Virus record (IMG/VR): IMGVR_UViG_3300042475_004015
Span: 1 to 62,625 of that record
Length of the DNA: 62,625 nucleotides
Source of the DNA: a virus
Taxonomy: Duplodnaviria; Caudoviricetes
Strand: one strand, 5' to 3'
Shown here piece after piece: positions 48,567 through 57,084 of this stretch; within the stretch, counting starts at the first letter, position 1; each line of letters begins with the position of its first letter. The notes below the pieces were generated by a model that saw only the letters and a list, made by a program, of their open reading frames with translations, was not told the origin of the DNA and made no database searches. A program made the position numbers and the translations under genes.

Positions 48567-50198
48567 ATGGCTTTACTTTCTAATGTTATAATTGATATTT
48601 GTCAAAGGGCCGGATATGACGTATCCGAGATAGATGTCACACAGATCACTGGAACTGTAGACGGCTTTGTACTTTCTAACCGATCAACTGCTAGATCTAT
48701 GATCGAAGAGCTACAAAAAGCTTTTCTGTTTGAGGGTATTGAGAGCGGATCTACTATTAAGTTTGTACCTATAAACCAGCCATCCATAGCATCTATTAGT
48801 GTAAATGAGCTATTACCTATAGGCTCAGATGAGGACCCTAAATACCTAGAGATAGGTCAAATAGATACTAATGACTTACCAAAAACACTTTCTATAAACT
48901 ATATAGCCAAGACCGCTGACTATCAACAAGGGACCCAAGAGGCTATAAGGCAGATAGCTGATGCTGGTGAAGCCGAGACTATATCAGTCGCTGTAGTAAT
49001 GGATAATGATACTGCTAGGCAGTTAATTGAAAAGATAATGTATATTAGGTGGACTAAAAGTGTATCTTTTAATTTTTCTTTACCTATTAAGTATTTAAGG
49101 CTAGAACCTGGTGATGTTATATCCTTAGTAGATACTACTATCACTCACAATATCCGGATTATAAAAAAACAGTTTTCTGGTCAGACTATACTCTTTGAGG
49201 GTGAAAAAATCGATACTGAAGCCTTTAACCAAACAATATCAGGCGGCCCTATATCTGTTATAGGCGGTGTAGTGTTTGACCCAGGTGATACCTCGTTATT
49301 CAACTTGGATATACCCCTATTAAGAGAAACTGATAATAATGCTGGTTTTTATATTGCTGCTGGTAGGGTAAAGACCACTTGGAGGGGTGCTCAGATCTAT
49401 AGATCTAATGATAATATAACCTACAGCTTGATGTCAAGTTTACCGGTCCCTACAGTCTCTGGCTCGGCACTTACCGCATTAGCTAATGGTCCACATAATT
49501 ATATGGACAGAATTAATACCGTGGATGTTCAGTTATTGTACGATGACCAGTTAACCTCTACTACCTTAGATAACCTATTAAACTCAGTTAACAGTTGTGT
49601 ACTTGGCGATGAGATAGTCCAATTTCAAACTGCTACCCTTATTGGTACTCGCACTTATAGGTTGTCTAATCTATTAAGGGGAAGGCTTGGTAGTGAGCAG
49701 TTTAAAGCCTCTCATATAATAGGGGATAGGTTTGTCATGCTGCAACCAGGCGGTAACCTTGATAGGGTATTAGACTCGGCCGGCTCACTAAATATCTCTA
49801 AATACTATAAGCCTGTATCTGTAGGTCAAGATATTATTGATGTTACTGCTTCTACATTTACGAATACTGGTAGAGGTTTAAAGCCTTATTCACCTTGTCA
49901 ATTTAAATCAGCTAAACAGGTATCTGGTGATTTTATACTTACTTGGGTAAGACGTACTAGATTCAACGGCGGATGGCTTAGTAACTCCGATGTACCACTT
50001 AACGAGGAAAGGGAAGAGTACACCATAAATATCTATAATGGTTTAGTAATAGTAAGGACTGCTATTGTAAGTTCACCCATTTTTACTTATACTGCTGCTA
50101 TGCAAGTTACTGATTTTGGCTCAACGCAGTCGACTATTAATGCTAAGGTTGCTCAGAATAGTGCGATCATTGGGCCAGGTTATTATGAAAGCTTATAG
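48567..50198 (+). CDS. Megatron C-terminal module (Phage-tail_3 / Rcc01698-like)
   Basis: IIDICQRAG, LEPGDVI, EIVQF, LSNLLRGRLG, WVRRTR, DVPLNEERE.Y. Confidence 0.88.
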   Translation: MALLSNVIIDICQRAGYDVSEIDVTQITGTVDGFVLSNRSTARSMIEELQKAFLFEGIESGSTIKFVPINQPSIASISVNELLPIGSDEDPKYLEIGQIDTNDLPKTLSINYIAKTADYQQGTQEAIRQIADAGEAETISVAVVMDNDTARQLIEKIMYIRWTKSVSFNFSLPIKYLRLEPGDVISLVDTTITHNIRIIKKQFSGQTILFEGEKIDTEAFNQTISGGPISVIGGVVFDPGDTSLFNLDIPLLRETDNNAGFYIAAGRVKTTWRGAQIYRSNDNITYSLMSSLPVPTVSGSALTALANGPHNYMDRINTVDVQLLYDDQLTSTTLDNLLNSVNSCVLGDEIVQFQTATLIGTRTYRLSNLLRGRLGSEQFKASHIIGDRFVMLQPGGNLDRVLDSAGSLNISKYYKPVSVGQDIIDVTASTFTNTGRGLKPYSPCQFKSAKQVSGDFILTWVRRTRFNGGWLSNSDVPLNEEREEYTINIYNGLVIVRTAIVSSPIFTYTAAMQVTDFGSTQSTINAKVAQNSAIIGPGYYESL

Positions 50199-50206
50199 GG
50201 TTTAAA

Positions 50207-51832
50207 ATGGTAAGTTATAGCGTTAGACATCAGGTACCATTCTTAGAGATTGCTCAAGCCCAAAAAGAAACAACGCATAATGAAGCGTTAAGGATTATAG
50301 ACGTCTTAGCAAACCTACTTATTAAGGACCGTGATCTTGCAACACCCCCAGGGTCACCAGTTAATGGCGATACTTACCTTATTGCAGCTTCACCTACAGG
50401 TGCTTGGGCTGGTCAAGCTGGCAAGATTGGTTTTTACTATGACGGCTGGACTTTTATTACTGCCTTTGAGGGGCTTCAGGGTTGGGTAGATGATGAAGAA
50501 CGGCAGATTATTTTTAGTGATGGTATTTGGCGTGAATCTTCAGGTGCTTGGGCTGTAGGTATAGGCACAAGCGCAGTCACCGATCAAGTAAATCTTTTAA
50601 CTGCCGACACAGGGTCGATTAAACCTGTAGGTACAGGGACTGATAGTGGTATTGTTATACTTCCACAGCTATCTACAGTTGATAGCCGTGGCATGATAGG
50701 GGTAAAAAAGACAAACGCAGATGACACTGCTTTGATTATCCACGGTTTCCCACTTAACCTTTTAACCTATGCTAACGATCAGAGCAATGCAGCTTGGGTA
50801 AAGACCTTTACTACAATTAGCGCAAACACCGGAACTGACCCAAGCGGGGGAACCACACTAGATAAACTACAAGAGGACAACACCACAAACTTACATGAGA
50901 TAGCTCAAGTATATGCTAAACCTTTCGGTGTTACTAGGCTTGTGGCAAGCTTTGTAGTTCAAGCCGTTGAGCGTAACACGGTGATGTTAATGCTTGATCG
51001 TGGAAGCTCTGCAAACCGGGCAGAGATGCGTGTTGCTTTATCGACTAATACGGTAAGTAACACAGCAAGTGCCGGTGATGGTACCTATGTTAGTGGTACA
51101 TGCACAGATTTGCCAAACGGTAACAAGCTTATTACTCTTGTTGCTGATGTCACAGCAGCAGCCAACAACTGGTCAACTCGTCTAAGACTTTTTAATGCTA
51201 CTTCCACATACCTTGGTGTAACAGGTAGTGGTGTTTTTATGGGCCGTGCTCAACTGGGATTCTATAACCCATTACCAGCCTGGAGTGCAGCACAAGACAC
51301 TGTAGCAACCAATGCTATCGAGACCATAGACGGAGTAACAACCCGTGAGTTAAGAAGCCAGGGTTCGACCTTTGTTGCTTTTAAGGGTGCGACTGAATGG
51401 GCTATCTTGAGGGCAGAGCCCGATATCGACTCAGGTACATGGACCCCTACAGTAAGTGGATCAACTACAGGTGGCTCACAGACCTATGGTACTCGTGTGG
51501 GTCATTGGACTAGAAGGGGCAGGTTTGTAGACTTCTTTTGTAGTGTAAACGTCTCTACACTTGATGCTGCTACTGCTGGTAACTTAAGGATTACGGGGTT
51601 ACCCTTTGCTGCGTTAAATACTACTGGTTTTCAACAACCCTTAACTATAAACGTACGAAGTAACCTAACTTTAACTGCTGGTTATACTATGTACTCTGCA
51701 TATATGGCCAATAACAGCGCTATTATAAACTTAGCTCAGATGGGTAGTAACGTAGCTCAAGCTTTACTACAAGCGACGGCTGCTGCTAGTGGATTAACTA
51801 TTGACATACAAGGTACAATAAGGATCAACTAA
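50207..51832 (+). CDS. Tail fibre / receptor-binding protein with N-terminal DUF2793
   Basis: QAQKETTHNEAL..ID, PPGSP..GD.Y....PTGAWAG; C-terminal GTWTPTV fibre domain. Confidence 0.85.
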   Translation: MVSYSVRHQVPFLEIAQAQKETTHNEALRIIDVLANLLIKDRDLATPPGSPVNGDTYLIAASPTGAWAGQAGKIGFYYDGWTFITAFEGLQGWVDDEERQIIFSDGIWRESSGAWAVGIGTSAVTDQVNLLTADTGSIKPVGTGTDSGIVILPQLSTVDSRGMIGVKKTNADDTALIIHGFPLNLLTYANDQSNAAWVKTFTTISANTGTDPSGGTTLDKLQEDNTTNLHEIAQVYAKPFGVTRLVASFVVQAVERNTVMLMLDRGSSANRAEMRVALSTNTVSNTASAGDGTYVSGTCTDLPNGNKLITLVADVTAAANNWSTRLRLFNATSTYLGVTGSGVFMGRAQLGFYNPLPAWSAAQDTVATNAIETIDGVTTRELRSQGSTFVAFKGATEWAILRAEPDIDSGTWTPTVSGSTTGGSQTYGTRVGHWTRRGRFVDFFCSVNVSTLDAATAGNLRITGLPFAALNTTGFQQPLTINVRSNLTLTAGYTMYSAYMANNSAIINLAQMGSNVAQALLQATAAASGLTIDIQGTIRIN

Positions 51833-52255
51833 ATGTTTGATATAATTAACCTGGCTACTAGTGTTATCGACAAGCTATTCCCAGATAAAACTGAGGCTGC
51901 TGCACAAAAGGTGAAGCTTGTAGAGCTTCAACAAAGCGGCGAATTAAAAGACTTAGAGCTGTTTTTACAGGATGTAAAGAGTGCTAGAGAAAGGGAGATA
52001 GCTGTTAAAGACAGTATGCCAGCAATCCTATCCCTATTATCTCTTGCCTTGTTTGCTTTCACCCTTTATGCACTCTTCAGTAACATGATTAGTCATGATA
52101 CAAGCGAGGTAGCTTATATGTTATTAGGTACTGTTACAAGCCTTATAACTACAGTCTTTGGCTATTATTTTGGGACTACACGGGGTAGTAATCTTAAGAC
52201 AACCATGATGGTTGATATGCAAAAAGCAGCAGACTATAGGAAAAAAGATGTTTAA
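51833..52255 (+). CDS. Holin (3TM-holin-like)
   Basis: IDKLFPD, SARERE, two TM segments, GYYFG. Confidence 0.8.
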   Translation: MFDIINLATSVIDKLFPDKTEAAAQKVKLVELQQSGELKDLELFLQDVKSAREREIAVKDSMPAILSLLSLALFAFTLYALFSNMISHDTSEVAYMLLGTVTSLITTVFGYYFGTTRGSNLKTTMMVDMQKAADYRKKDV

Positions 52256-52718
52256 ATTATCTAATAGCTCTTTATCAAAACTTAAAGGGGTTAACCCGCT
52301 CTTGGTAAACCTAATCAAAGACGGTATTAAAATTACCAGGGTTGACTTCGGTGTAACCTACGGCTTAAGAACAAAAGAGCAACAAGAAGAGTTAGTCAAG
52401 GCAGGCAAAAGCAGGACTATGAACTCTAGGCATTTAACTGGCCACGCTGTAGACTTAGCAGCTTATATCTACAACGTATTATCATGGGATACTAAGTATT
52501 ACTATGAAATAGCTAGGGCTATAAGGCTAGTAGCTATACAACAGAATACGCCTGTAGTATGGGGCGGTGTATGGGATAAACTACTTAATGAATTATCTGA
52601 AGATTTAGAATCTGAAGTAAAAGCTTACCATGATAGATACAAAGTAACAAACCCTAAGAAAAAGCCCCTCTTTGATGGTCCACATTTTGAACTATCTCGA
52701 GGGGCTTTTCCAGCTTAG
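52248..52718 (+). CDS. Endolysin, M15 peptidase
   Basis: GLRT.EQQ..L...GKS.TMNSRHLTGHAVDL, WGG.W, DGPHFEL. Confidence 0.92.
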   Translation: MFKLSNSSLSKLKGVNPLLVNLIKDGIKITRVDFGVTYGLRTKEQQEELVKAGKSRTMNSRHLTGHAVDLAAYIYNVLSWDTKYYYEIARAIRLVAIQQNTPVVWGGVWDKLLNELSEDLESEVKAYHDRYKVTNPKKKPLFDGPHFELSRGAFPA

Positions 52719-53047
52719 TATTCGTCGCTAGAGTCATCGAAAAAGGTGGTTTCTTCCTCTTCTTCGGTACCTTCAGAGACAGGCTCAGCAGCAGCTTTAA
52801 GCTTTTTAGCCTTAGTTTTTACTGGCTTTGCTTCTTCAGGTGCTTCAGCTTGAAGCTCAGCTACCACATTATCAAACTCTTCTTGGGTCCATTCATAAGA
52901 ACGGCCAGCTTTTTTAATGCTAGCTGCACGCAGTCTTACTCGTGCTGAGGCTGGCTTAATGTTCAATACTTCTGAAAGGTCATTAATACCTAGTTTCTTT
53001 TCAGTTTCTACTTCTTGAACTACTTCTTTAGTTTTAGCTTTTGCCAT
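52715..53047 (-). CDS. HTH DNA-binding protein with acidic tail
   Basis: LGINDLSEVLNIKPASARVRLR..SIKKAGRSYEW; AAGGAG RBS. Confidence 0.7.
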   Translation of the reverse strand: MAKAKTKEVVQEVETEKKLGINDLSEVLNIKPASARVRLRAASIKKAGRSYEWTQEEFDNVVAELQAEAPEEAKPVKTKAKKLKAAAEPVSEGTEEEEETTFFDDSSDEY

Positions 53048-54359
53048 AAGTTACTCCTTTGAGGCTTTTAAGTACAGTGTCACTGATTGACTTTTTGGAT
53101 AATATAGCTTCATAGATCGCTTCGTCAATAGTATTCTTTGCGTAGACCAAGTATATTTTGACATCCCTAGTCTGACCATACCTATGAACCCGTGCTAGGG
53201 CCTGCTCATAGTCTATAAAACTATACGTCAAGGAGTAAAAGATGGCATTGCAAGAACTGTAGAGGTCTATACCAACACCTCCGGTTTTTATTTGACATAT
53301 TATCACGTCATATAGCCCGGCTTGAAAGTCTTCAATCATCTTACTTCTATTCCTAGTTTGGCCATTTAATACCGCTACTTTTAAATGAGATAGCTCATCA
53401 GCCACTATTTTTATTTCTTCAAGGTATTTACAGAAGACTACTATAGGTGTGGTCATATTTTTTATGAGTGAACTTATACGACGTACCTTAGCCCGACCTA
53501 TTGAGAAGGTTTCTTGGTCTTCATTTATGATAAAACCTCCACATATTTGTTGAAGTTTGGCTATCTGGGTTATTTTAAGCTCTACAGCAACAGTCTCACC
53601 TTCTAAGGAGGTTATCATCTCATTGCTCATCTCTTCATATACCCGTAGTTGCTTACCAAGTAACTCTACAGGGGATAATACTACTTCCATTTTTGGTAAG
53701 TCTAGTACATCGGCCTTTACTACACGGATGCAGTACGGTTTAAGCTTTTCTAAGAACTCGGGTAACTTTTTGAGCCTAAACTTTATCTCTTTACCCATAA
53801 AGCCGGTCTTGTAACAATACTCATCTTCAAAGTCTTTCCACCGTGTGCCAAAAACCCCAGGGGCTACAAACCTAAATTGGGCCCACATATCTATAGGTGA
53901 CTTATCAATAGGCGTCCCTGATAGGATTACCTTATGGTCTGCTAACTTTAGCCTTGCTGCACGTTTTGATTGTTGAGTATTGCGGCCTTTTATTCTCTGA
54001 CTTTCATCCATTGCAATCAAAGTCCAGTGAACCTTGCATAGCTTATCTATAAACTTTGGGAGACCCTCATAATGAGTAAGGAATAATTTTGGCCCATCTC
54101 TGTAGGCTTTATACTCATTGAAATCTTTAAAGATAGCCAGGTCTTTAAACTGTGATAAGGTTTTTAGCCAAGTTGTATCTATATTTGTTAGGGGTACTAT
54201 AAGTAGATACTCAGACTTAGCGTGAAGTAGTTTCTCAATTATACCAGCAGTAACCCAGGTTTTGCCAGTACCCTGGTCGAATAATAGTGCAGTACTGGGC
54301 TGAGTACAGATAGTATCAACTGCGGCTTTTTGATAATCGAATAGCTTTTCGTACAGCAT
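53034..54359 (-). CDS. SNF2-family helicase
   Basis: QGTGKT, DESQ, SGTP, QALARVHRYGQ. Confidence 0.93.
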   Translation of the reverse strand: MLYEKLFDYQKAAVDTICTQPSTALLFDQGTGKTWVTAGIIEKLLHAKSEYLLIVPLTNIDTTWLKTLSQFKDLAIFKDFNEYKAYRDGPKLFLTHYEGLPKFIDKLCKVHWTLIAMDESQRIKGRNTQQSKRAARLKLADHKVILSGTPIDKSPIDMWAQFRFVAPGVFGTRWKDFEDEYCYKTGFMGKEIKFRLKKLPEFLEKLKPYCIRVVKADVLDLPKMEVVLSPVELLGKQLRVYEEMSNEMITSLEGETVAVELKITQIAKLQQICGGFIINEDQETFSIGRAKVRRISSLIKNMTTPIVVFCKYLEEIKIVADELSHLKVAVLNGQTRNRSKMIEDFQAGLYDVIICQIKTGGVGIDLYSSCNAIFYSLTYSFIDYEQALARVHRYGQTRDVKIYLVYAKNTIDEAIYEAILSKKSISDTVLKSLKGVTYGKS

Positions 54360-54624
54360 CTATGGCCTCCTCAGCTGTAGTAATAGTCATGGAGACTCCC
54401 CCATTTTCTATGACTAACTCTATCTCGTATAATTGTCTGGCTGTAGGCTGTTCGCCTGGCTCTTTTACCTCGAACTCAAAATATAGGCCCTTAACACAAC
54501 CTACTAAATCAAGCATACAAGGCTGAAAAGGGCCGCCATGAATCTTTTTCCAGCGGCCCCCAACAGTAGCTTCCAATGCCTTACGGATTTTTAATTGCCG
54601 TTTTGACTCTGGTTTTTTAGGCAT
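54316..54624 (-). CDS. VRR-NUC nuclease
   Basis: LDLVG...EFEVK.PG..PTARQ. Confidence 0.85.
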   Translation of the reverse strand: MPKKPESKRQLKIRKALEATVGGRWKKIHGGPFQPCMLDLVGCVKGLYFEFEVKEPGEQPTARQLYEIELVIENGGVSMTITTAEEAIDAVRKAIRLSKSRS

Positions 54625-55339
54625 CTTCTTCCATAAAGCCAGCAGTAATCAGTGCCTCGATAACCACATTGATCTTTTTACGGAGTGTGGTGTATTCAGA
54701 CAAGGTTACATCTAAGCCAAGTTTTTCAACTAAGGTTTCCAGCTCATCAGCGTCCATGTCCATAATATCATCAGAGGTGTATTCTACCTTTGCTTTACTA
54801 GTTTTCTTGGCAACTGGTGCTTCTTCCTCTTCAACCTTAGTACTTTTCTTAGCAGCTTTAGGGGCTTCTTCCTCGTCTTCATCATCCTCAACTTTAGTAG
54901 CTTTTTTCTTTACTACAGTGGGTTGTTCATCAGAGTCATCATAAAAGGTGTAACCAGTGATACGGTGATTATTTTTACCGTCATAAGAGTTATCTTCTAC
55001 TGTAGCACTGAATCTTCTACCGATCAACTCATCTAAGTCTAACTCAAATGCACCTGATGGGATCTCAACCTCCACAGCTTCCAGTAACTGTCTTAAAACC
55101 CATAAGCTTTGAGGTTGAAGGTTTAAAACGACATTTAAAGATTTATCAACAAACTTAGGGTATGGTGAGTCAATAATTGTAGTCTTAAGTTGTATTTGAT
55201 CTTGACCTGACTGACTGCTTTTACCGAAAATTGCTGAGGTAATTTGGAAAGCATACTGACCGCTAAATCCGTGAAGATTAAGACGACTATCAATAGCTGA
55301 TAAGTCAAGTCTAACAGTATTCTTTTTAGTTTTAGCCAT
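54617..55339 (-). CDS. Putative ssDNA-binding protein (DUF669-like)
   Basis: OB-like N-terminus, LW.LRQLLEA, long acidic/Lys linker; AAGGAG RBS. Confidence 0.65.
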   Translation of the reverse strand: MAKTKKNTVRLDLSAIDSRLNLHGFSGQYAFQITSAIFGKSSQSGQDQIQLKTTIIDSPYPKFVDKSLNVVLNLQPQSLWVLRQLLEAVEVEIPSGAFELDLDELIGRRFSATVEDNSYDGKNNHRITGYTFYDDSDEQPTVVKKKATKVEDDEDEEEAPKAAKKSTKVEEEEAPVAKKTSKAKVEYTSDDIMDMDADELETLVEKLGLDVTLSEYTTLRKKINVVIEALITAGFMEEDA

Positions 55340-55340
55340 A

Positions 55341-56126
55341 TTATTCTCCTTTGATGATGGCGTTGAGTTCCTCAAAACTTGGGTTCTTTATGAACTTAGG
55401 TACTGAGAAGTTTTTAGGTTTTCTTACCTTAGTTGTATACACTGAATTGGGCGCTAACCTTAAACAAAAGTCATAAACTTCCTCCTCTATTTTTTTACCT
55501 TTAATTTCCTTAACTTTTACCCTAGAGCGGATAAAAGTATTGGCAATCACTGAAGCTACAGAGTTCAGGTGATCTTTTACTGCTGGTGATAAACGAGCCC
55601 CTACTTCAGGGTTAAGATTATCACCGTCGAGCTCAGCTTCTTCACCAGCATTAAACACTCTCTCTTGAGCTAAAAAGACTACGTGCATCTTTAAGTTTCT
55701 TAAGCGAGTTATCCAATCTTTCATGAGTGAGCTTACTTCACCCCATTCTTTTTTGGTCATAGTTCCCCATTCACCAGCATTTTCTACCCTTTTATTCTTT
55801 TTAGCTAATATGTGTTCAAGCGCTAATCCCTGGAGTTGTGTAACCGTGTCTATAGTAAGTGTTTGATACTCATGGTTTTTGTTAGCTAATAACCACCAAT
55901 AAACGTCTTCAAACTCTTCCCAACTATCGATCCTAATAAGATCAATACCCTCTACATCAGCTATACTTTCTGTGCCATCATCTCTTATATCAAGATGTAA
56001 CAGCTTTTTAGGGAATGTAGATGATAGTGTAGTCTTACCTGTACCGCTTCTACCATAAATAGCATAGCTCCTAAAACCTCTACTATCAGAGATGGGTAAT
56101 ATGGGTAACTTACTTGGTGTTTTCAT
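55341..56126 (-). CDS. AAA_24 / Sak4-like ATPase
   Basis: YGRSGTGKTT, TLTIDTVT, VFLAQE. Confidence 0.88.
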   Translation of the reverse strand: MKTPSKLPILPISDSRGFRSYAIYGRSGTGKTTLSSTFPKKLLHLDIRDDGTESIADVEGIDLIRIDSWEEFEDVYWWLLANKNHEYQTLTIDTVTQLQGLALEHILAKKNKRVENAGEWGTMTKKEWGEVSSLMKDWITRLRNLKMHVVFLAQERVFNAGEEAELDGDNLNPEVGARLSPAVKDHLNSVASVIANTFIRSRVKVKEIKGKKIEEEVYDFCLRLAPNSVYTTKVRKPKNFSVPKFIKNPSFEELNAIIKGE

Positions 56127-57084
56127 TTTTAAGACCTTTGTTTTCTACTTTATACTGACCTTTTATTATCATGTCTACGTCCGAGCCAGTCAGTTCAGCT
56201 CTACAGATAGATTCATAGTCACAAAATTTGCAGTGCATTCCGATGTTTTTTACCTTTTTCTTTCCATGATTCTCCACTAATTCCTGGGCGCTGTCAATAA
56301 AATCTTTATAGACAGACTCCACTATACTCTGGTTAATTGGAGTGAATACCCTTATAAAATAGTTAGATAGGTTTTGCTGTGCAGCGTCTATTAGCTTCTT
56401 AGAGAAGTTTGGATCATAGCCCTGTTCTTCAGCATACCTACGGATAACACCCGGCAATGTGTTGAGTTTAGCCTCTGATAATTTACCGCTTTTTAATATC
56501 CTGGGTATCTCAGGTGCACCGCTGTGGATATAATCCCAACACATGCCGTCAGCCTCAGCTAACCCAGTAATCTGTAGAGCTTTTAGGTATACAGCTGACT
56601 GAATGTTTCTCCATCTTTCATCATTAGCGGGCATCCGGTTAAAGGTTTTATGCTCTACTACCCATACTAACTTATTAGCTGTTTTAGCTATAGCATCTAT
56701 CTTACCAGTAAAGATAATACCATCAGCTATCTCTATATTAAACTCATGTTCAGCATACCTACCGCCCCTTCTAAGATAAAAGAGTGAGTCATCACCCCAG
56801 TACTCAAAGTACTCCATCATGATGTTTCGGATATCATTTATAAGATCGCCGTATAACTCATACTCTTCTTGGAACATTTTACCCTTTTCAGCCTCGATAG
56901 CATCCAGTTTTTTAAAGGGATCCCTATTGTTAGCCTGTTCTTCTATTAGTTCATGAATTATTCCACCAAACGTAAAAGGTCTTTTAATAGTCTTTTTTCT
57001 TAAAAGCTCTACATACTTCTGATGATAAGCAAACTGACATTGACGCCAGGTCTTAATTTTTGATTGACTTACTTTGACTTCCAT
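56110..57084 (-). CDS. PD-(D/E)XK Cas4/RecB-like exonuclease
   Basis: SQS.I..WRQC, GKIDAI, VEHKT, Q..VY, CKFCDYESIC. Confidence 0.88.
   Translation of the reverse strand: MEVKVSQSKIKTWRQCQFAYHQKYVELLRKKTIKRPFTFGGIIHELIEEQANNRDPFKKLDAIEAEKGKMFQEEYELYGDLINDIRNIMMEYFEYWGDDSLFYLRRGGRYAEHEFNIEIADGIIFTGKIDAIAKTANKLVWVVEHKTFNRMPANDERWRNIQSAVYLKALQITGLAEADGMCWDYIHSGAPEIPRILKSGKLSEAKLNTLPGVIRRYAEEQGYDPNFSKKLIDAAQQNLSNYFIRVFTPINQSIVESVYKDFIDSAQELVENHGKKKVKNIGMHCKFCDYESICRAELTGSDVDMIIKGQYKVENKGLKNENTK

Noticed and set aside
56110-57084. Cas4 as part of a CRISPR system
   Set aside because: It sits in a recombination/replication operon with a Sak4-like ATPase and SSB, the usual phage context
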